Both the position numbers and the translations under genes were made by a program. Below, one piece after another: positions 29,364-41,915 of a stretch of 64,000 nt of DNA. Source of the DNA: Oligoflexia bacterium (GTDB taxonomy: Bacteria > Bdellovibrionota > UBA1018). Below the pieces are notes generated by a model. The model was not told where the DNA came from. It saw nothing but the letters and a program-made list of their open reading frames with translations, and made no database searches. Location: the NCBI GenBank assembly GCA_014376785.1, contig JACMQW010000064.1, forward strand, positions 14,966 to 78,965, read 5' to 3'. The number at the start of each line of letters is the position of its first letter. Positions within the stretch are counted from its first letter, which is position 1.

Positions 29364-30835
29364 GCGTCCGGGAAGAGCACGTCTGGCAACGTGAAGAAAA
29401 AAGTTGCCCCCTCGCCGACTTTTCCTTCCGCACGGATGGTTCCGCCGTGCCGATGAATAATGCGCCGAACGGTTGCGAGTCCTATCCCCGTCCCTTCAAA
29501 CTCCTTTTCTGAATGCAGACGCTGAAAGGCACCGAAAAGATTTTTAACCCGCTCCATATCAAAACCTGCTCCGTTATCTTTCACGAAATATTCTCTCTCT
29601 GTGCCCGCAAGGGTTACTCCGAATTCGACTCGGGAGTGGGGAACTTTTGCGGTGAATTTGCGTGCATTCCCGATGAGGTTCTCTAGGGCAATCGTAAGCA
29701 ACCCCGTATCTCCGTAAGCCGAAATTCCAGGTTCAACGAAAAAAGTGCCGTTCGAAGGATCAGATAATTCAAATCCCTGAAAAACCTCTGTCGCTAATTT
29801 ACTCAGATCCATTGCTTCAAAAGCCAAAGTCCCCCTCCCCAGCCGCGATAGAGAAAGCAAGTCTTCGATCAGTCGGTTCATTCTCTGAACCCCTGCTCGA
29901 ATAAAGTCGAGGTACTTCGCCCCCTGTGCATCCAGCACGGTGGCGTAGTCCTCTGCAATCGCTTGAGCAAACCCATCGATAGCGCGGAGCGGGGAGCGCA
30001 AGTCGTGGGAAACAGAGTAACAAAAAGCTTCCATCTCTTGATTAGCAGCAGTCAGGGCTAAAGTGCGGTGCTGCACTTTTACTTCCAATTCTTCATGAGA
30101 CCGCTGCAAATCAATTTGCGTGCGACGAAGTGCCCGCAAGTTAGTCATGAACGTGCGCGTGATACTCCTGATTTGTCGGAACGTGGAGAACATGATGATG
30201 ATACCCAATACGCCGGAAAGAGCGATCCCAATGCGCAAACTCCTGCGCACTGCCGCTTCGGTTTTCACTCTGCGCTCATTCCGAAGGGTTTCGGCGTCTC
30301 GAGTGATCCGATCAAAATTTACTCGGATTCTGTCCATTCGAATTTTGGCGGCGCGAGCACGCTCGGGAATGGGCTCGGGGGTTTTCAGTGATGCCTGCGA
30401 CAGTCGGTATTCAACCAGGTCTTCCCACTCTCGGGTGAGGATGTTGATTTCACTCACCCGGCCTCTGTCTCGCTCATCTTCCGCCACTAACCGAGCGAGC
30501 TCCTCTAAATTTTTACCAAGTTCGGCTTTTGCTTTCAGATATCGCTCAACAAATGCTTCATCTTTATAAATAAAGTATCCACGGATTCCGGTCTCCATAT
30601 CCAGGATGAGTTTCTGGGTCTCGAAAGCCTCTCGAAGCAAATTCTCGGTGTGCTCGACGTAGGAAGAGAGGCGAAGCAAGTGACTCGTCTGGAAGATGAA
30701 CGTCGCAGACAGAGCAAATAGCAGAACCACGGGAATCACTACAGCTCGCACCAGGGCCTGTCGAATGCTGTCCGAATGGATTCGTTCTGAATTCTTTCGT
30801 TCACTGAATGGAGTGGAATCTGGCATCCGTTTCAT
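29360..30835 (-). CDS. CHASE3-domain sensor histidine kinase
   Basis: CHASE3 signature (ETGIRGYFIYKDEAFVERY), TM helix, HisKA (SHDLRSPLRAIDGF), HATPase_c. The stop overlaps the glpK stop in convergent orientation. Confidence 0.85.
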   Translation of the reverse strand: MKRMPDSTPFSERKNSERIHSDSIRQALVRAVVIPVVLLFALSATFIFQTSHLLRLSSYVEHTENLLREAFETQKLILDMETGIRGYFIYKDEAFVERYLKAKAELGKNLEELARLVAEDERDRGRVSEINILTREWEDLVEYRLSQASLKTPEPIPERARAAKIRMDRIRVNFDRITRDAETLRNERRVKTEAAVRRSLRIGIALSGVLGIIIMFSTFRQIRSITRTFMTNLRALRRTQIDLQRSHEELEVKVQHRTLALTAANQEMEAFCYSVSHDLRSPLRAIDGFAQAIAEDYATVLDAQGAKYLDFIRAGVQRMNRLIEDLLSLSRLGRGTLAFEAMDLSKLATEVFQGFELSDPSNGTFFVEPGISAYGDTGLLTIALENLIGNARKFTAKVPHSRVEFGVTLAGTEREYFVKDNGAGFDMERVKNLFGAFQRLHSEKEFEGTGIGLATVRRIIHRHGGTIRAEGKVGEGATFFFTLPDVLFPDA

Positions 30836-30926
30836 TAAACAGGATTTTGCCCTACGAAAATAGTGCCTCTTTTCTTAAGGTAAAGAATCATTTGAGTTTT
30901 GAAGCAATCAGACCGGTTGGGCTCGG

Positions 30927-32342
30927 TCACTTCAGGATCTTCACAAGATCCCTCACCCGAGAGACCGTTAAAATTTTAATGCCTGATTCACTGAAAATTT
31001 TCTTCGGTGAATTCTCAGGAACGACCACCGTAGAAAATCCAAGTTTCCTCGCTTCGGAAATGCGAACATCCATGAGAGGCGCACGGCGAACTTCGCCGGT
31101 TAAAGCGAGCTCACCGAGGAACATCCAATCACCTGGAATCGAAATTTCTTCGACGCTTGACCAAATCGCTGCTGCTGCAGCGAGGTCGATGGCCGGCTCC
31201 GAGAGCCGCAAGCCTCCTGAAACATTAAAAAATAGATCTTTCTGGATCAGTGGAAGTCCCATATGCCGTTCCAGAATAGCGGCAAGGATGGATAGCCTTG
31301 ATTGCTCCATGCCCACTGCCGTTCGGCGGGGCATCGCCAAACCACTCGGAACGACCAAGGACTGAAGTTCCACAAGCAGCGGTCGCGACCCTTCGAGGGA
31401 CGCGGTGATCGCCACACCGGAAACAGATTCGCTGCGCTCGGACAGAAATAAACTCGAAGGGTTTCTGACTTCCTTCAGTCCATCGGACTCCATTTCAAAA
31501 ACACCCAACTCATTCGTACTGCCAAACCGGTTCTTAACGGTACGCAAGAGGCGATAACTCTGAGAACCTTCACCCTCGAAATATAAAACGGTGTCGACCA
31601 TGTGCTCGATGGTTTTCGGCCCAGCAATCGAACCTTCTTTCGTCACATGGCCGACTAACCAAACGGCTACCCCACCTGTTTTCGCCAGCATCATGAGCCG
31701 AGAGGTGATCTCCCGCACCTGCGAAACACTTCCAGGAGCACTCTGGGAATAGTTCGAACTGAAGGTTTGGAGAGAGTCCATAAAGAGGACATCGGGTTTC
31801 AACTCATGAACAGTCGCAAAAACCCGCTCAAGTTGGGTCTCTGCCGCCAAGAAAATGCGCCCTTTTCCTTCGACTTTCATCCGGCGAGCGCGGGCTGCGA
31901 TTTGATCGAGGGATTCCTCACCAGAAACGTAGAGGATCTTTAATTCGGGCTGTTGATCGAGAAGGCCCTTAGCAAGCTGCAAAAGCAGTGTGGATTTTCC
32001 GATTCCCGGATCTCCGCCGAGCAGAGTGAAAGCGTCCGGAACTAACCCGCCCCCCAGCGTTCGATCCAGTTCGATCATTCCCGTGAAAAGCCTGCGCTTC
32101 GCCGTGGCCGAATCCACCGAATCGAGCGAAACATAATCCTGCGACTTTTTACCGAGGTCTTTGTACGCCTTAAAATCTTCTCTGACCGAAGAGAGTGATC
32201 CTGCTACAGAAACGTTTGCGTCGGGTTTTTCCTCAAGCATCGAGTTCCATGCTTCACAAGTCGGGCACCTTCCCAGCCATTTCGCAGCCGTATAGCCACA
32301 TTCCTGACACACGTACTGGGTCTTTGGATTTTTCGCCTTCAT
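30927..32342 (-). CDS. radA: DNA repair protein RadA/Sms
   Basis: C4 zinc finger (CQECGY…CPTC), Walker A (GDPGIGKST), a KNRFG motif, and a Lon-like C-terminal domain. Confidence 0.95.
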   Translation of the reverse strand: MKAKNPKTQYVCQECGYTAAKWLGRCPTCEAWNSMLEEKPDANVSVAGSLSSVREDFKAYKDLGKKSQDYVSLDSVDSATAKRRLFTGMIELDRTLGGGLVPDAFTLLGGDPGIGKSTLLLQLAKGLLDQQPELKILYVSGEESLDQIAARARRMKVEGKGRIFLAAETQLERVFATVHELKPDVLFMDSLQTFSSNYSQSAPGSVSQVREITSRLMMLAKTGGVAVWLVGHVTKEGSIAGPKTIEHMVDTVLYFEGEGSQSYRLLRTVKNRFGSTNELGVFEMESDGLKEVRNPSSLFLSERSESVSGVAITASLEGSRPLLVELQSLVVPSGLAMPRRTAVGMEQSRLSILAAILERHMGLPLIQKDLFFNVSGGLRLSEPAIDLAAAAAIWSSVEEISIPGDWMFLGELALTGEVRRAPLMDVRISEARKLGFSTVVVPENSPKKIFSESGIKILTVSRVRDLVKILK

Positions 32343-32384
32343 ACCTCCTACTTATCATAGGAAAGAACATGATAAACTTTTCTC

Positions 32385-32801
32385 ATGGCAAAAGACGCTT
32401 GGTCACGATTCCGCGAAAAAGAAGCTCAAAGAGACGAAGAGCAGAAAAAAGATCTGCACGAACAAATGAAGCGCATCGATCCCGACTCCCAAATTTCTGA
32501 CTCGACCACTACCGATAAAATTTTAATCGAGCTCCTCACAAAATGCGAAATGATGATGGAGCAGATCACTAACCTCTACGCGATGTGGATCCAAGGAATC
32601 GAAAGGACTCCTCCGATCACGATGCGAAAGCATTTGGAAGACCTCATCCTGAAAATCCAGACGGCTCCAAAACCAACGACTAATCTTAAATTTCGGGTTA
32701 CCCAGTTTCAGACGAAATACGCGACCTATAAAGACAAATGGGAACGACTCATCCGCGATGTCGAAGCAGGGAAAATCTTCGTGAAGCGCCGAGGGTCATG
32801 A
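32385..32801 (+). CDS. hypothetical protein
   Basis: 138-aa charged ORF between radA and ligA on the opposite strand. Confidence 0.4.
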   Translation: MAKDAWSRFREKEAQRDEEQKKDLHEQMKRIDPDSQISDSTTTDKILIELLTKCEMMMEQITNLYAMWIQGIERTPPITMRKHLEDLILKIQTAPKPTTNLKFRVTQFQTKYATYKDKWERLIRDVEAGKIFVKRRGS

Positions 32802-32806
32802 AAACG

Positions 32807-34849
<2,043 letters not shown>

Positions 34850-36433
34850 CTAGAAATAAAAGAGAAGCGAGGGTGCGAGCGCGAAAGTCTTATTCGATAC
34901 CGATTTACCACTCACGAAATCCAATGAGGCCGATTTGAAATCGAGGCCCAGTTGTAATTTCATTTTTGGTTTAAGCCAAAGGTATCCTCCGGCAAAAACA
35001 TTCACTGAGTTCGCGCTTGAAGAAGTTCCGAACGCTCCCGAATCATCCGTGCCGCTCCCGAATAATCCAAAATCCACATCGAGAAGCATTCCCGCGTCGT
35101 CTCGGATGGGCAGATCTCCGCCCACTCCGATGTAGATTCCCGAATGAGAAAGACTACCCGTTTGGGCGGTCGCATTTTGGGGAAGACCGTAAGTGGTGGA
35201 TTGGTATCCGACCTTAATCCATCCTTTCGGTCCGAAAAAATTGGGGGTGACATGATAGAAAGTTCCTAAGGCGAGTCGCACTTGCGACAGAGAAGCATTC
35301 ACGCCATCGAGACTCTTCACATGCGTCAGACTATCTTCTTGGGAATAGGCTGCAGATCCGTAAGCAAATTTAAGCTCCCCGAAAAGATTGCTGTTGAACC
35401 AGGCTTGGCCTTCGGCTTTCATCCCGTAAAGGAAACCGCTCCCGGAATCTTTTCCGGTATCTCGACTCGTACTTCCCAATAGAATACCGGGTGCGATCCA
35501 TCCGATCCGAGGGGGTTCTTTCGATTTTTTCTCAAGTTCCTCTCGGTCGAGAGTTCTTGTTTCGACCGCAGTATTTTCCGGTGATGGAATGATTTGGATG
35601 ATTTTTTGAAACCTTTGAATCTGACGGCCGTATTCTTCGCCTTCGATCTTGGCGAAAGCCATTCCTTCGTCTACTTCATCCACCGTCGCCTTACCCGTGG
35701 AAGTAAGCCGCCAATCGACGATCGTTTTCAAGAGGGGATGATATTTTACCTCGTCGAGAGTCCCGATAATGAGCGTGTCACCTTTACCGATTCCAGAACT
35801 CGATCCCAAATTCACGGTCACCGAGGTTTGATCTCGCCCCGTAACAGATCCTTTGAAGGGGATCTTTCCGATCAAGCGATCCAGAGCAGAAGTGAGAGCC
35901 TGTCGAAACTCCTCCGTCCCGAACTTTCCTTCCCCTCGGAAGGGTTGCTCAATTTCCACCGATTCGGTTCCAATCAGCTGCATTTTCGCGGCATGAACCC
36001 AATCAATCGTCATTCGGTATCGCGATCCCTCTTTGTAAACCTTAGTCCGCAAGAAAGTGTCGACGCGCGAATTTTTCGCAATTGCTTTCAAGATCTCCGG
36101 GTCTTCGATCATTTTCGCATACGAAAGTTTCGAGCCCTGAAGGAGTTGGTTTGCTTTGCCAAGATCTTGGACTGTGAATCGCGAACGTCCTGCAAGGTGA
36201 TCCTGAAAAGTTTTGGTGACTAAATCACCAAAAAGGCCATCCACATTATCCCACGCGCGGAGAATTCCAATTGAGCTCAAACTGTAATTTCGGTCAAGTT
36301 CGGGACTTGCAATCCCGGAGGATGGAATGAAGCAACAGGTCGCCCATGCAACGCAGAACCCTATGAAGAGAGCTGAACCTTTAGAGGATCGGAGAATTTT
36401 GCGGGGACAAATTTTCAAAAAGTCTTTCTTCAT
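34850..36433 (-). CDS. outer-membrane beta-barrel protein (uncharacterised)
   Basis: N-terminal signal-like segment and a C-terminal aromatic-rich beta-strand pattern ending LLFYF. The 5-prime end overlaps the upstream HTH gene by about 50 nt, so the start is uncertain. Confidence 0.6.
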   Translation of the reverse strand: MKKDFLKICPRKILRSSKGSALFIGFCVAWATCCFIPSSGIASPELDRNYSLSSIGILRAWDNVDGLFGDLVTKTFQDHLAGRSRFTVQDLGKANQLLQGSKLSYAKMIEDPEILKAIAKNSRVDTFLRTKVYKEGSRYRMTIDWVHAAKMQLIGTESVEIEQPFRGEGKFGTEEFRQALTSALDRLIGKIPFKGSVTGRDQTSVTVNLGSSSGIGKGDTLIIGTLDEVKYHPLLKTIVDWRLTSTGKATVDEVDEGMAFAKIEGEEYGRQIQRFQKIIQIIPSPENTAVETRTLDREELEKKSKEPPRIGWIAPGILLGSTSRDTGKDSGSGFLYGMKAEGQAWFNSNLFGELKFAYGSAAYSQEDSLTHVKSLDGVNASLSQVRLALGTFYHVTPNFFGPKGWIKVGYQSTTYGLPQNATAQTGSLSHSGIYIGVGGDLPIRDDAGMLLDVDFGLFGSGTDDSGAFGTSSSANSVNVFAGGYLWLKPKMKLQLGLDFKSASLDFVSGKSVSNKTFALAPSLLFYF

Positions 36434-36743
36434 AGATCGCCACCAGCATTTTCAGTTCGGAAATTTCTTCCTGAGCTTTTCTTAAGTCGCCTTCGAGTTT
36501 TTCTAGCTCCGTCGATTGAATCCCCAATGGCTCCGAGCTATCTCGGTCAAAATCGATGAGCTGCTGAGAGAAGGAGGTTTCTGCGGGATCCTTACAAAGA
36601 ATGAGGTATTTGCCGCTTTCTGACTTGTACTGCACTTTGCCGGATTTGATGTAACGGCGAAGCGTCGAAAGACTGACGCCCGTTTTCATGGCGTATTCCA
36701 TCAGAGGCATCCAGTTTTCTTGATCCAAAGGGCTAGCAGACAT
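36381..36743 (-). CDS. MerR/excisionase-type HTH DNA-binding protein with a C-terminal coiled coil
   Basis: EYAMKTGVSLSTLRRYIKSGKV helix-turn-helix, followed by heptad-like ELEKLEGDLRKAQEEISELK. Confidence 0.5.
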   Translation of the reverse strand: MSASPLDQENWMPLMEYAMKTGVSLSTLRRYIKSGKVQYKSESGKYLILCKDPAETSFSQQLIDFDRDSSEPLGIQSTELEKLEGDLRKAQEEISELKMLVAIYEERLFENLSPQNSPIL

Positions 36744-36798
36744 GGAATCATTCTATTTCTCCGACCAGAAACTTCAACTGTTCTGATAAAATAGACTC

Positions 36799-38073
36799 AT
36801 GGACGAACGGATTAAGATCGGACCGAAGAAAAAGATCGCCTTTACCTGCAGTGGCGGAGCTACCAAAGCGGGCGCATTTCATTTGGGCGTTGCGTTAGCC
36901 CTGCAAGAAAAGGGATTTCGCTTTTCCGGCGGCCTGCAAACTCCGGGCGTCTTGCCGAGGCCCACCGATCCCATGGAAATCTCTACCTTTGTTGGATCGA
37001 GCGCAGGGAGCGTGATTAGCGCGTACCTGGCAGCGGGATACTCACTGGAAAACATCTTCAACAGTTTTATTGGCCGAAAGCCGACCGACCCACGCGACGC
37101 GATTCCGAAAGTGCTACCGAAGCTCACTTATCCCACGATGATGAAACTCAGGCCCGGATTGGCCAGGGAACAACTGTCGCAAATCGCACTTTTCAAATCC
37201 ATCACCCGAGCATTCATGACCGGAGACTTCCAGTCACTCATCCAACTACGATGGATCAAAGCGACCGGCATCTTCACAACCGCTGGGGTTGAACAATTTC
37301 TCCGCGAGGAAGTTCTGCCGTCAAACCGCTTCCAGGACTACGTAGCCGACCTTTTTATCGTTGCGACTCAGTTAAATCACTCTCGTAAAGTCGTATTCGG
37401 AAAGTACACCTATTCTCCGCCGTCGCACGACCTCACATGCCAATACAGCAATGACGTTGGGATTTCCCAGGCATGCGCCGCATCGAGTGCGATGCCTTTC
37501 GTTTATTCGCCCTACCTCATCAAAAACTCCTCGGGAGAATCGATTCATTACGTGGACGGTGAAATCCGAGACACCCTTTCGACTCATGTCGCGATCGATG
37601 CGGGTTGTGATTTGATCTTCGCGTCTTACACGCACCAACCTTATCACTGGCAAAAAGAGATTGGGTCCCTCACCGATCATGGCCTGCCCGCAATCCTGAT
37701 CCAATCGATTTACCTCGTCATCGAACAGAAAGTGAACCAGTACATCCACGAGAAGAAAACTCAACGTTCTGCGATTCTCGCCGTCGAGAAGTACTGCCAG
37801 CAAGTCGGCGTTCCGCCGGAACAGCTTCGCCGAATCCTTGGAATTTTAGAGGCAGAGCTCCATCACCGTAGGGACGTCGATACGATTTACATCCACCCGA
37901 GCCCGGACGATCACAAAATGTTTTTCGGAGAGCATTTTTCGCTCTCCCCAAAAAAACTTTCCGACCTGGTTCGTTCGGGATTTCGCGCTGCTATTGAAAC
38001 ATTAAATCGATACGACTTCGCAGACCGCACGCTGCAGCCTCAGGTCGTTAAAACCAGACCATCCGCAAGTTGA
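36799..38073 (+). CDS. patatin-like phospholipase
   Basis: Oxyanion-hole region (CSGGATKAGAF), GxSxG motif (GSSAG), and a DG[AE] catalytic Asp (YVDGE). Confidence 0.85.
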   Translation: MDERIKIGPKKKIAFTCSGGATKAGAFHLGVALALQEKGFRFSGGLQTPGVLPRPTDPMEISTFVGSSAGSVISAYLAAGYSLENIFNSFIGRKPTDPRDAIPKVLPKLTYPTMMKLRPGLAREQLSQIALFKSITRAFMTGDFQSLIQLRWIKATGIFTTAGVEQFLREEVLPSNRFQDYVADLFIVATQLNHSRKVVFGKYTYSPPSHDLTCQYSNDVGISQACAASSAMPFVYSPYLIKNSSGESIHYVDGEIRDTLSTHVAIDAGCDLIFASYTHQPYHWQKEIGSLTDHGLPAILIQSIYLVIEQKVNQYIHEKKTQRSAILAVEKYCQQVGVPPEQLRRILGILEAELHHRRDVDTIYIHPSPDDHKMFFGEHFSLSPKKLSDLVRSGFRAAIETLNRYDFADRTLQPQVVKTRPSAS

Positions 38074-38291
38074 CTCGCGATGCGGAACTCTCGGTACTGA
38101 AACCCAGAAGTGTTGAAAAGGGCTTGAAAATTTCTACCCGATTTTTCGAGGTATTTTACCATCTGCTCAAGATCCGAAATTGAAGGAGGATTCTCCACGA
38201 TATCGACCTTCTCGAAAGTTGCGCCCTTGGATACCAGAAATTTCAGGGCTTTTTTACAGATGTCGCAATTAGGATAGGAGAAAACTTTCAT
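38040..38291 (-). CDS. ArsC/Spx-family (YffB-like) thioredoxin-fold protein
   Basis: MKVFSYPNCDICKKA N-terminal CxxC-type motif, about 83 aa. Its start overlaps the GT39 stop (ATGA), and its 3-prime end overlaps the patatin gene by 34 nt in convergent orientation. Confidence 0.7.
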   Translation of the reverse strand: MKVFSYPNCDICKKALKFLVSKGATFEKVDIVENPPSISDLEQMVKYLEKSGRNFQALFNTSGFQYREFRIASQLADGLVLTT

Positions 38292-39946
38292 CGGGCGATC
38301 CGCACGACTTCGTATTCGCGAGAAATGAGGGAATCAAATTCAGGAATGGCAGCCTTTCCCTGAAGCAAAACTTCTTTAAAAGGAATTTTTTGGCGTCGCT
38401 TGAACCTTTTCCAAGGTTTCCATTCCAGGCGCTTTCCTTCCGCTTCGATTGAATCATTCAGAGTGTGCCGAAACCGCTCCGCTTGATCGTCGGATAGGAT
38501 CACCGTGCCGCCTTCATGCAATTGATCCATCATCTCATCGAAATCGAAAAGCCTGCGCATCGGGCTCGAAAGCGAAACGGAGAGCAGTCCGATCTCATGC
38601 CAAACATCACGATTTTCATCGAGCATGGCAACTTGGTAATCCTTCACCGGGCCGATGGCCTCCAACATTCCGTGACGATCACTTCTCGCAATCTCGATGG
38701 AGCCCATTCGACAAAATAAAACCGCAAAGAGTGCCGTGATGGTGAAGAGCCGCATCCAGCCAAACCAAAGAACCACCGCGGAGGCGACCCCGGTAAAGAG
38801 AATCGCAAGCATGAGATCAGCCGGTATGAATTCAAACCGGTAAAGAGCGAAGCCAAAAATCGCCAGCCCCAATGCCAAAATGATTCCGGTGGCGCGGGAG
38901 AGAAAGCGGAAAGTTCGCGTTCGGTTTGCACGGAAACATCCCCAGTCCACCAGCACTGCGAGGGCCGGCACTAAAATGAAAAGGTAGAGCGACGTTCGGT
39001 AGGGAAAGAGCGAAAAGAAGAGAGCCGGCGGCAAAGACCACGCGATGACAAATCTCAGGACTCCAGCTGTACGACGGCCCATCCACGCGCTCCGAATGGC
39101 GGTGAAAAGCAAAAGCGTGAAAGGGAATGCCATGTACAATAATGGCACCCAGAGATCGAGAAGCGTGCCCCCGTTCGATCCTTTTTGCAGTTGTTCGTGG
39201 AGAAAGAACTGCGTCCAAAACTGCTCACCATCGCGAATAAAAAGAGCGAGGTACCAAAGCAGACCCGTGACGATGCCGGCAAGGAGTGAATAGTAGAGGT
39301 GCTTTGATTTGAAGAGCAGCCATTCACCTGAAATGAGCAGATAGATCACGTAGCCGCTGACCCAAAACACAGAGTAAAGCGGACTTTTCACCAATGCAGA
39401 AACACCGGCCAGGATAAAAGCTAAATAGAGCCAGAAAACTTTTCGGTCTTCTCCCGCTCGTTGGTTAGGACGATCCTCTAAAAACCGGAGCCCCGCCCAC
39501 CAAGAAGCTGCATAGAAAAGGCAGACGTAGATGTCCATTTGCGCGGAAAGGGCGTAAGTCATCGCCCCCGCAGTGGCGGCAAACCAGAGGCCCGAATTTA
39601 CATACCACTTCCGCTCGCCGAGAAGAGAGGCGATCTCGTTTAACAGCCATGCAATCAGAACCAGTGCAATGACCCCCGGCAAAAACGTGGCGAAAACGTG
39701 AAAGCCGAGCAGCTTCCAGCTCAGGAGCGTCATCCAATATTGAAACGGTGGTTTTAAATAATTCGGATCACCGAAGAGGTAGGGCTGGAGCCACTCTCCC
39801 CGCTCTCGCATTTCCATCGCGATCGAAATGTATGTTTTCTGATCTCCCGTGAACGGGATCACCATCTCCCAAAGAAAGGGCAGATAAGCAGCGAGAATCC
39901 AAACTAAGTGGCCCGGGTGGCGCCAGAGCGTGCTCTTTCCGATCAT
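38288..39946 (-). CDS. family-39-type (ArnT/PMT-like) integral-membrane glycosyltransferase
   Basis: Multi-TM N-terminal region with GT-C-like loops and a C-terminal soluble domain of about 180 aa. Confidence 0.7.
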   Translation of the reverse strand: MIGKSTLWRHPGHLVWILAAYLPFLWEMVIPFTGDQKTYISIAMEMRERGEWLQPYLFGDPNYLKPPFQYWMTLLSWKLLGFHVFATFLPGVIALVLIAWLLNEIASLLGERKWYVNSGLWFAATAGAMTYALSAQMDIYVCLFYAASWWAGLRFLEDRPNQRAGEDRKVFWLYLAFILAGVSALVKSPLYSVFWVSGYVIYLLISGEWLLFKSKHLYYSLLAGIVTGLLWYLALFIRDGEQFWTQFFLHEQLQKGSNGGTLLDLWVPLLYMAFPFTLLLFTAIRSAWMGRRTAGVLRFVIAWSLPPALFFSLFPYRTSLYLFILVPALAVLVDWGCFRANRTRTFRFLSRATGIILALGLAIFGFALYRFEFIPADLMLAILFTGVASAVVLWFGWMRLFTITALFAVLFCRMGSIEIARSDRHGMLEAIGPVKDYQVAMLDENRDVWHEIGLLSVSLSSPMRRLFDFDEMMDQLHEGGTVILSDDQAERFRHTLNDSIEAEGKRLEWKPWKRFKRRQKIPFKEVLLQGKAAIPEFDSLISREYEVVRIAR

Positions 39947-40058
39947 GTGGAATCTAATTTACTCCTTCCCTGCGCTTTCCGATATCCGTTAAAATGTGAG
40001 AAAATGATTCTTCAGCCGAAGACTGACTTAATGACCCCACGGAAGGAAGATTTTCCCG

Positions 40059-41342
40059 ATGAGCACCACCGATAGAATTGTTGTAGTAAGCGGAGCCCGC
40101 ACTCCCTTTGTACGAGCACGCACCGTATTTTCGAAAATGAGCGCTTCTGCGCTGGGTGGAATCACGCTTCGGGAAACCGTAGCGCGCTCGGGAATTGATC
40201 CAAAATTAATCGACGAAGTTTACATGGGAATTGTGAGTGCGCCAGCCGAAGGATCAAACATTGCGCGCGAGTCCCTTTTCGATTCGGGACTGCCCCCAAC
40301 CATTCCTTGCACCACGATTAATCGCTACTGCGCTTCTTCGGCTGAGTCCGTCGCGGGAATCGTCGCGAAAATTGAGGCCGGTCAAATCGAGATCGGGATT
40401 GCCGGCGGAGTGGAATCGATCAGTTCGATTCGTGCGCTTTTCTCTCAGCAAGCCACCGATTTCTTCTCAGACATCGCGAAAATGAAAACGACCTCCCAAA
40501 AGCTAAATCACGTGATGAAGTTTAAGCCTGCGTTTCTCGCGCCGAATGCGCCTGGAATTACCGAAGCGACCACTGGCCTCTCCATGGGACAAAGCGCAGA
40601 CCTGATGGCTCGGCAATTCGGAGTGGGAAGACAAGAACAGGATGAATACGCCGTTCTTTCTCACCAAAAAGCCGCAAAGGGATGGGAAGACGGTTTTTTC
40701 AAATCTCATGTGATCGGAGTTCCAACGAAAGACGGTACCCTTATCGACCGAGACACCGACATTCGTTCCGACACTTCGGTCGAGAAGCTCTCGAAACTTC
40801 GTCCGGTCTTCTACAAAGACGGAACGATCACCGCGGGAAATGCTTCCCCCCTCACTGACGGTGCCTCGGCGGTAATGCTGATGAAAGAATCGAAAGCAAA
40901 AGAGCTCGGACTGACCCCGATTGCGGCCATTCGCTCAGTCGCCGCTGCCGCGGTCGATATTCTGAAAGAACCGCTGTTGATCGGCCCCGTTTACGCGATT
41001 CCTAGGGCCCTGAAAGCAGCCGGTCTCGGTTGGAACGACATCGGACTTTTCGAAATTCACGAAGCATTCGCCGGCCAAGTTCTATCGACTTTTCGCGCAA
41101 TCGAAAGCGACTCATTTGCGAAAGAAAAACTCGGACTTTCTTCGAAAATCGGCACGATCGATCCTTCGAAAACGAACCCGCATGGTGGGTCAATTCCGCT
41201 CGGACATCCTTTCGGCGCAACCGGGACGCGAATGGTTCTCCAAACAGCCTATGGCTTGAAAGCGCGTAATGCCCAATTTGGTCTTATTTCTATCTGCGCA
41301 GCGAGTGGACTGGGAGCAGTCCTCGTGATCGAAGCGATTTAA
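40059..41342 (+). CDS. acetyl-CoA C-acyltransferase (thiolase)
   Basis: Thiolase active-site Cys region (NRYCASS) and C-terminal signatures (NPHGGSIPLGHPFGATG, CAASG). Confidence 0.9.
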   Translation: MSTTDRIVVVSGARTPFVRARTVFSKMSASALGGITLRETVARSGIDPKLIDEVYMGIVSAPAEGSNIARESLFDSGLPPTIPCTTINRYCASSAESVAGIVAKIEAGQIEIGIAGGVESISSIRALFSQQATDFFSDIAKMKTTSQKLNHVMKFKPAFLAPNAPGITEATTGLSMGQSADLMARQFGVGRQEQDEYAVLSHQKAAKGWEDGFFKSHVIGVPTKDGTLIDRDTDIRSDTSVEKLSKLRPVFYKDGTITAGNASPLTDGASAVMLMKESKAKELGLTPIAAIRSVAAAAVDILKEPLLIGPVYAIPRALKAAGLGWNDIGLFEIHEAFAGQVLSTFRAIESDSFAKEKLGLSSKIGTIDPSKTNPHGGSIPLGHPFGATGTRMVLQTAYGLKARNAQFGLISICAASGLGAVLVIEAI

Positions 41343-41361
41343 GGTTTCCTCAGTCATCCTC

Positions 41362-41405
41362 AGAAGGCGGCGCCCCGAAAACGGGGAGGCCGCCTTCTGT
41401 TTTTA
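41362..41405 (+). terminator. rho-independent terminator downstream of the thiolase gene
   Basis: 10-bp GC-rich stem (agaaggcggc / gccgccttct) with an inner hairpin, followed by gttttt. Confidence 0.7.
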
Positions 41406-41513
41406 CAGAGTTTTTTTTACCGCAGAAACGCTGGAAAGGAGCCCCCTGAAAAGACCTTTCTTTATTAACGCTATGCATTTAAATAAGGCTCCAACCCTTT
41501 TAGAGGACACTTT

Positions 41514-41915
41514 ATGAACCGCATGAAAACAATCCTGATTTCTTCACTTCTGCTTTCCTCGACCGCTTTTGCCGACTCGACGATCACCTGCTCTCTCGAG
41601 CGCCCGAGCGGCTATGGTGAACCCGATTCTGCTTCGGTAGCGCTCTCAGCGGTGGATACTCACGGAGAGGCCACCTCTTCTAGCTCAGGAATCGACATTG
41701 GGAAGTTAAACTACTCCTTCGACCTGACTGTGAGTCACGAATCAGGAAAGTACCCTGTTCAAATCATCATCTATGAGAATAACGAAGCGATGGACGAAGT
41801 GGGATCACTCGGCTGCGAATACAAACTTGAGCATCCCGGCGTTTCATTCTGTGAGCAGCCGGTGGAAGATGAAAACGGGAAAGAGATTTTGAAATTCTCC
41901 TGCGTCTCGAAATAA
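41514..41915 (+). CDS. small secreted hypothetical protein
   Basis: Signal peptide (ILISSLLLSSTAFA) and several Cys residues. Confidence 0.5.
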   Translation: MNRMKTILISSLLLSSTAFADSTITCSLERPSGYGEPDSASVALSAVDTHGEATSSSSGIDIGKLNYSFDLTVSHESGKYPVQIIIYENNEAMDEVGSLGCEYKLEHPGVSFCEQPVEDENGKEILKFSCVSK

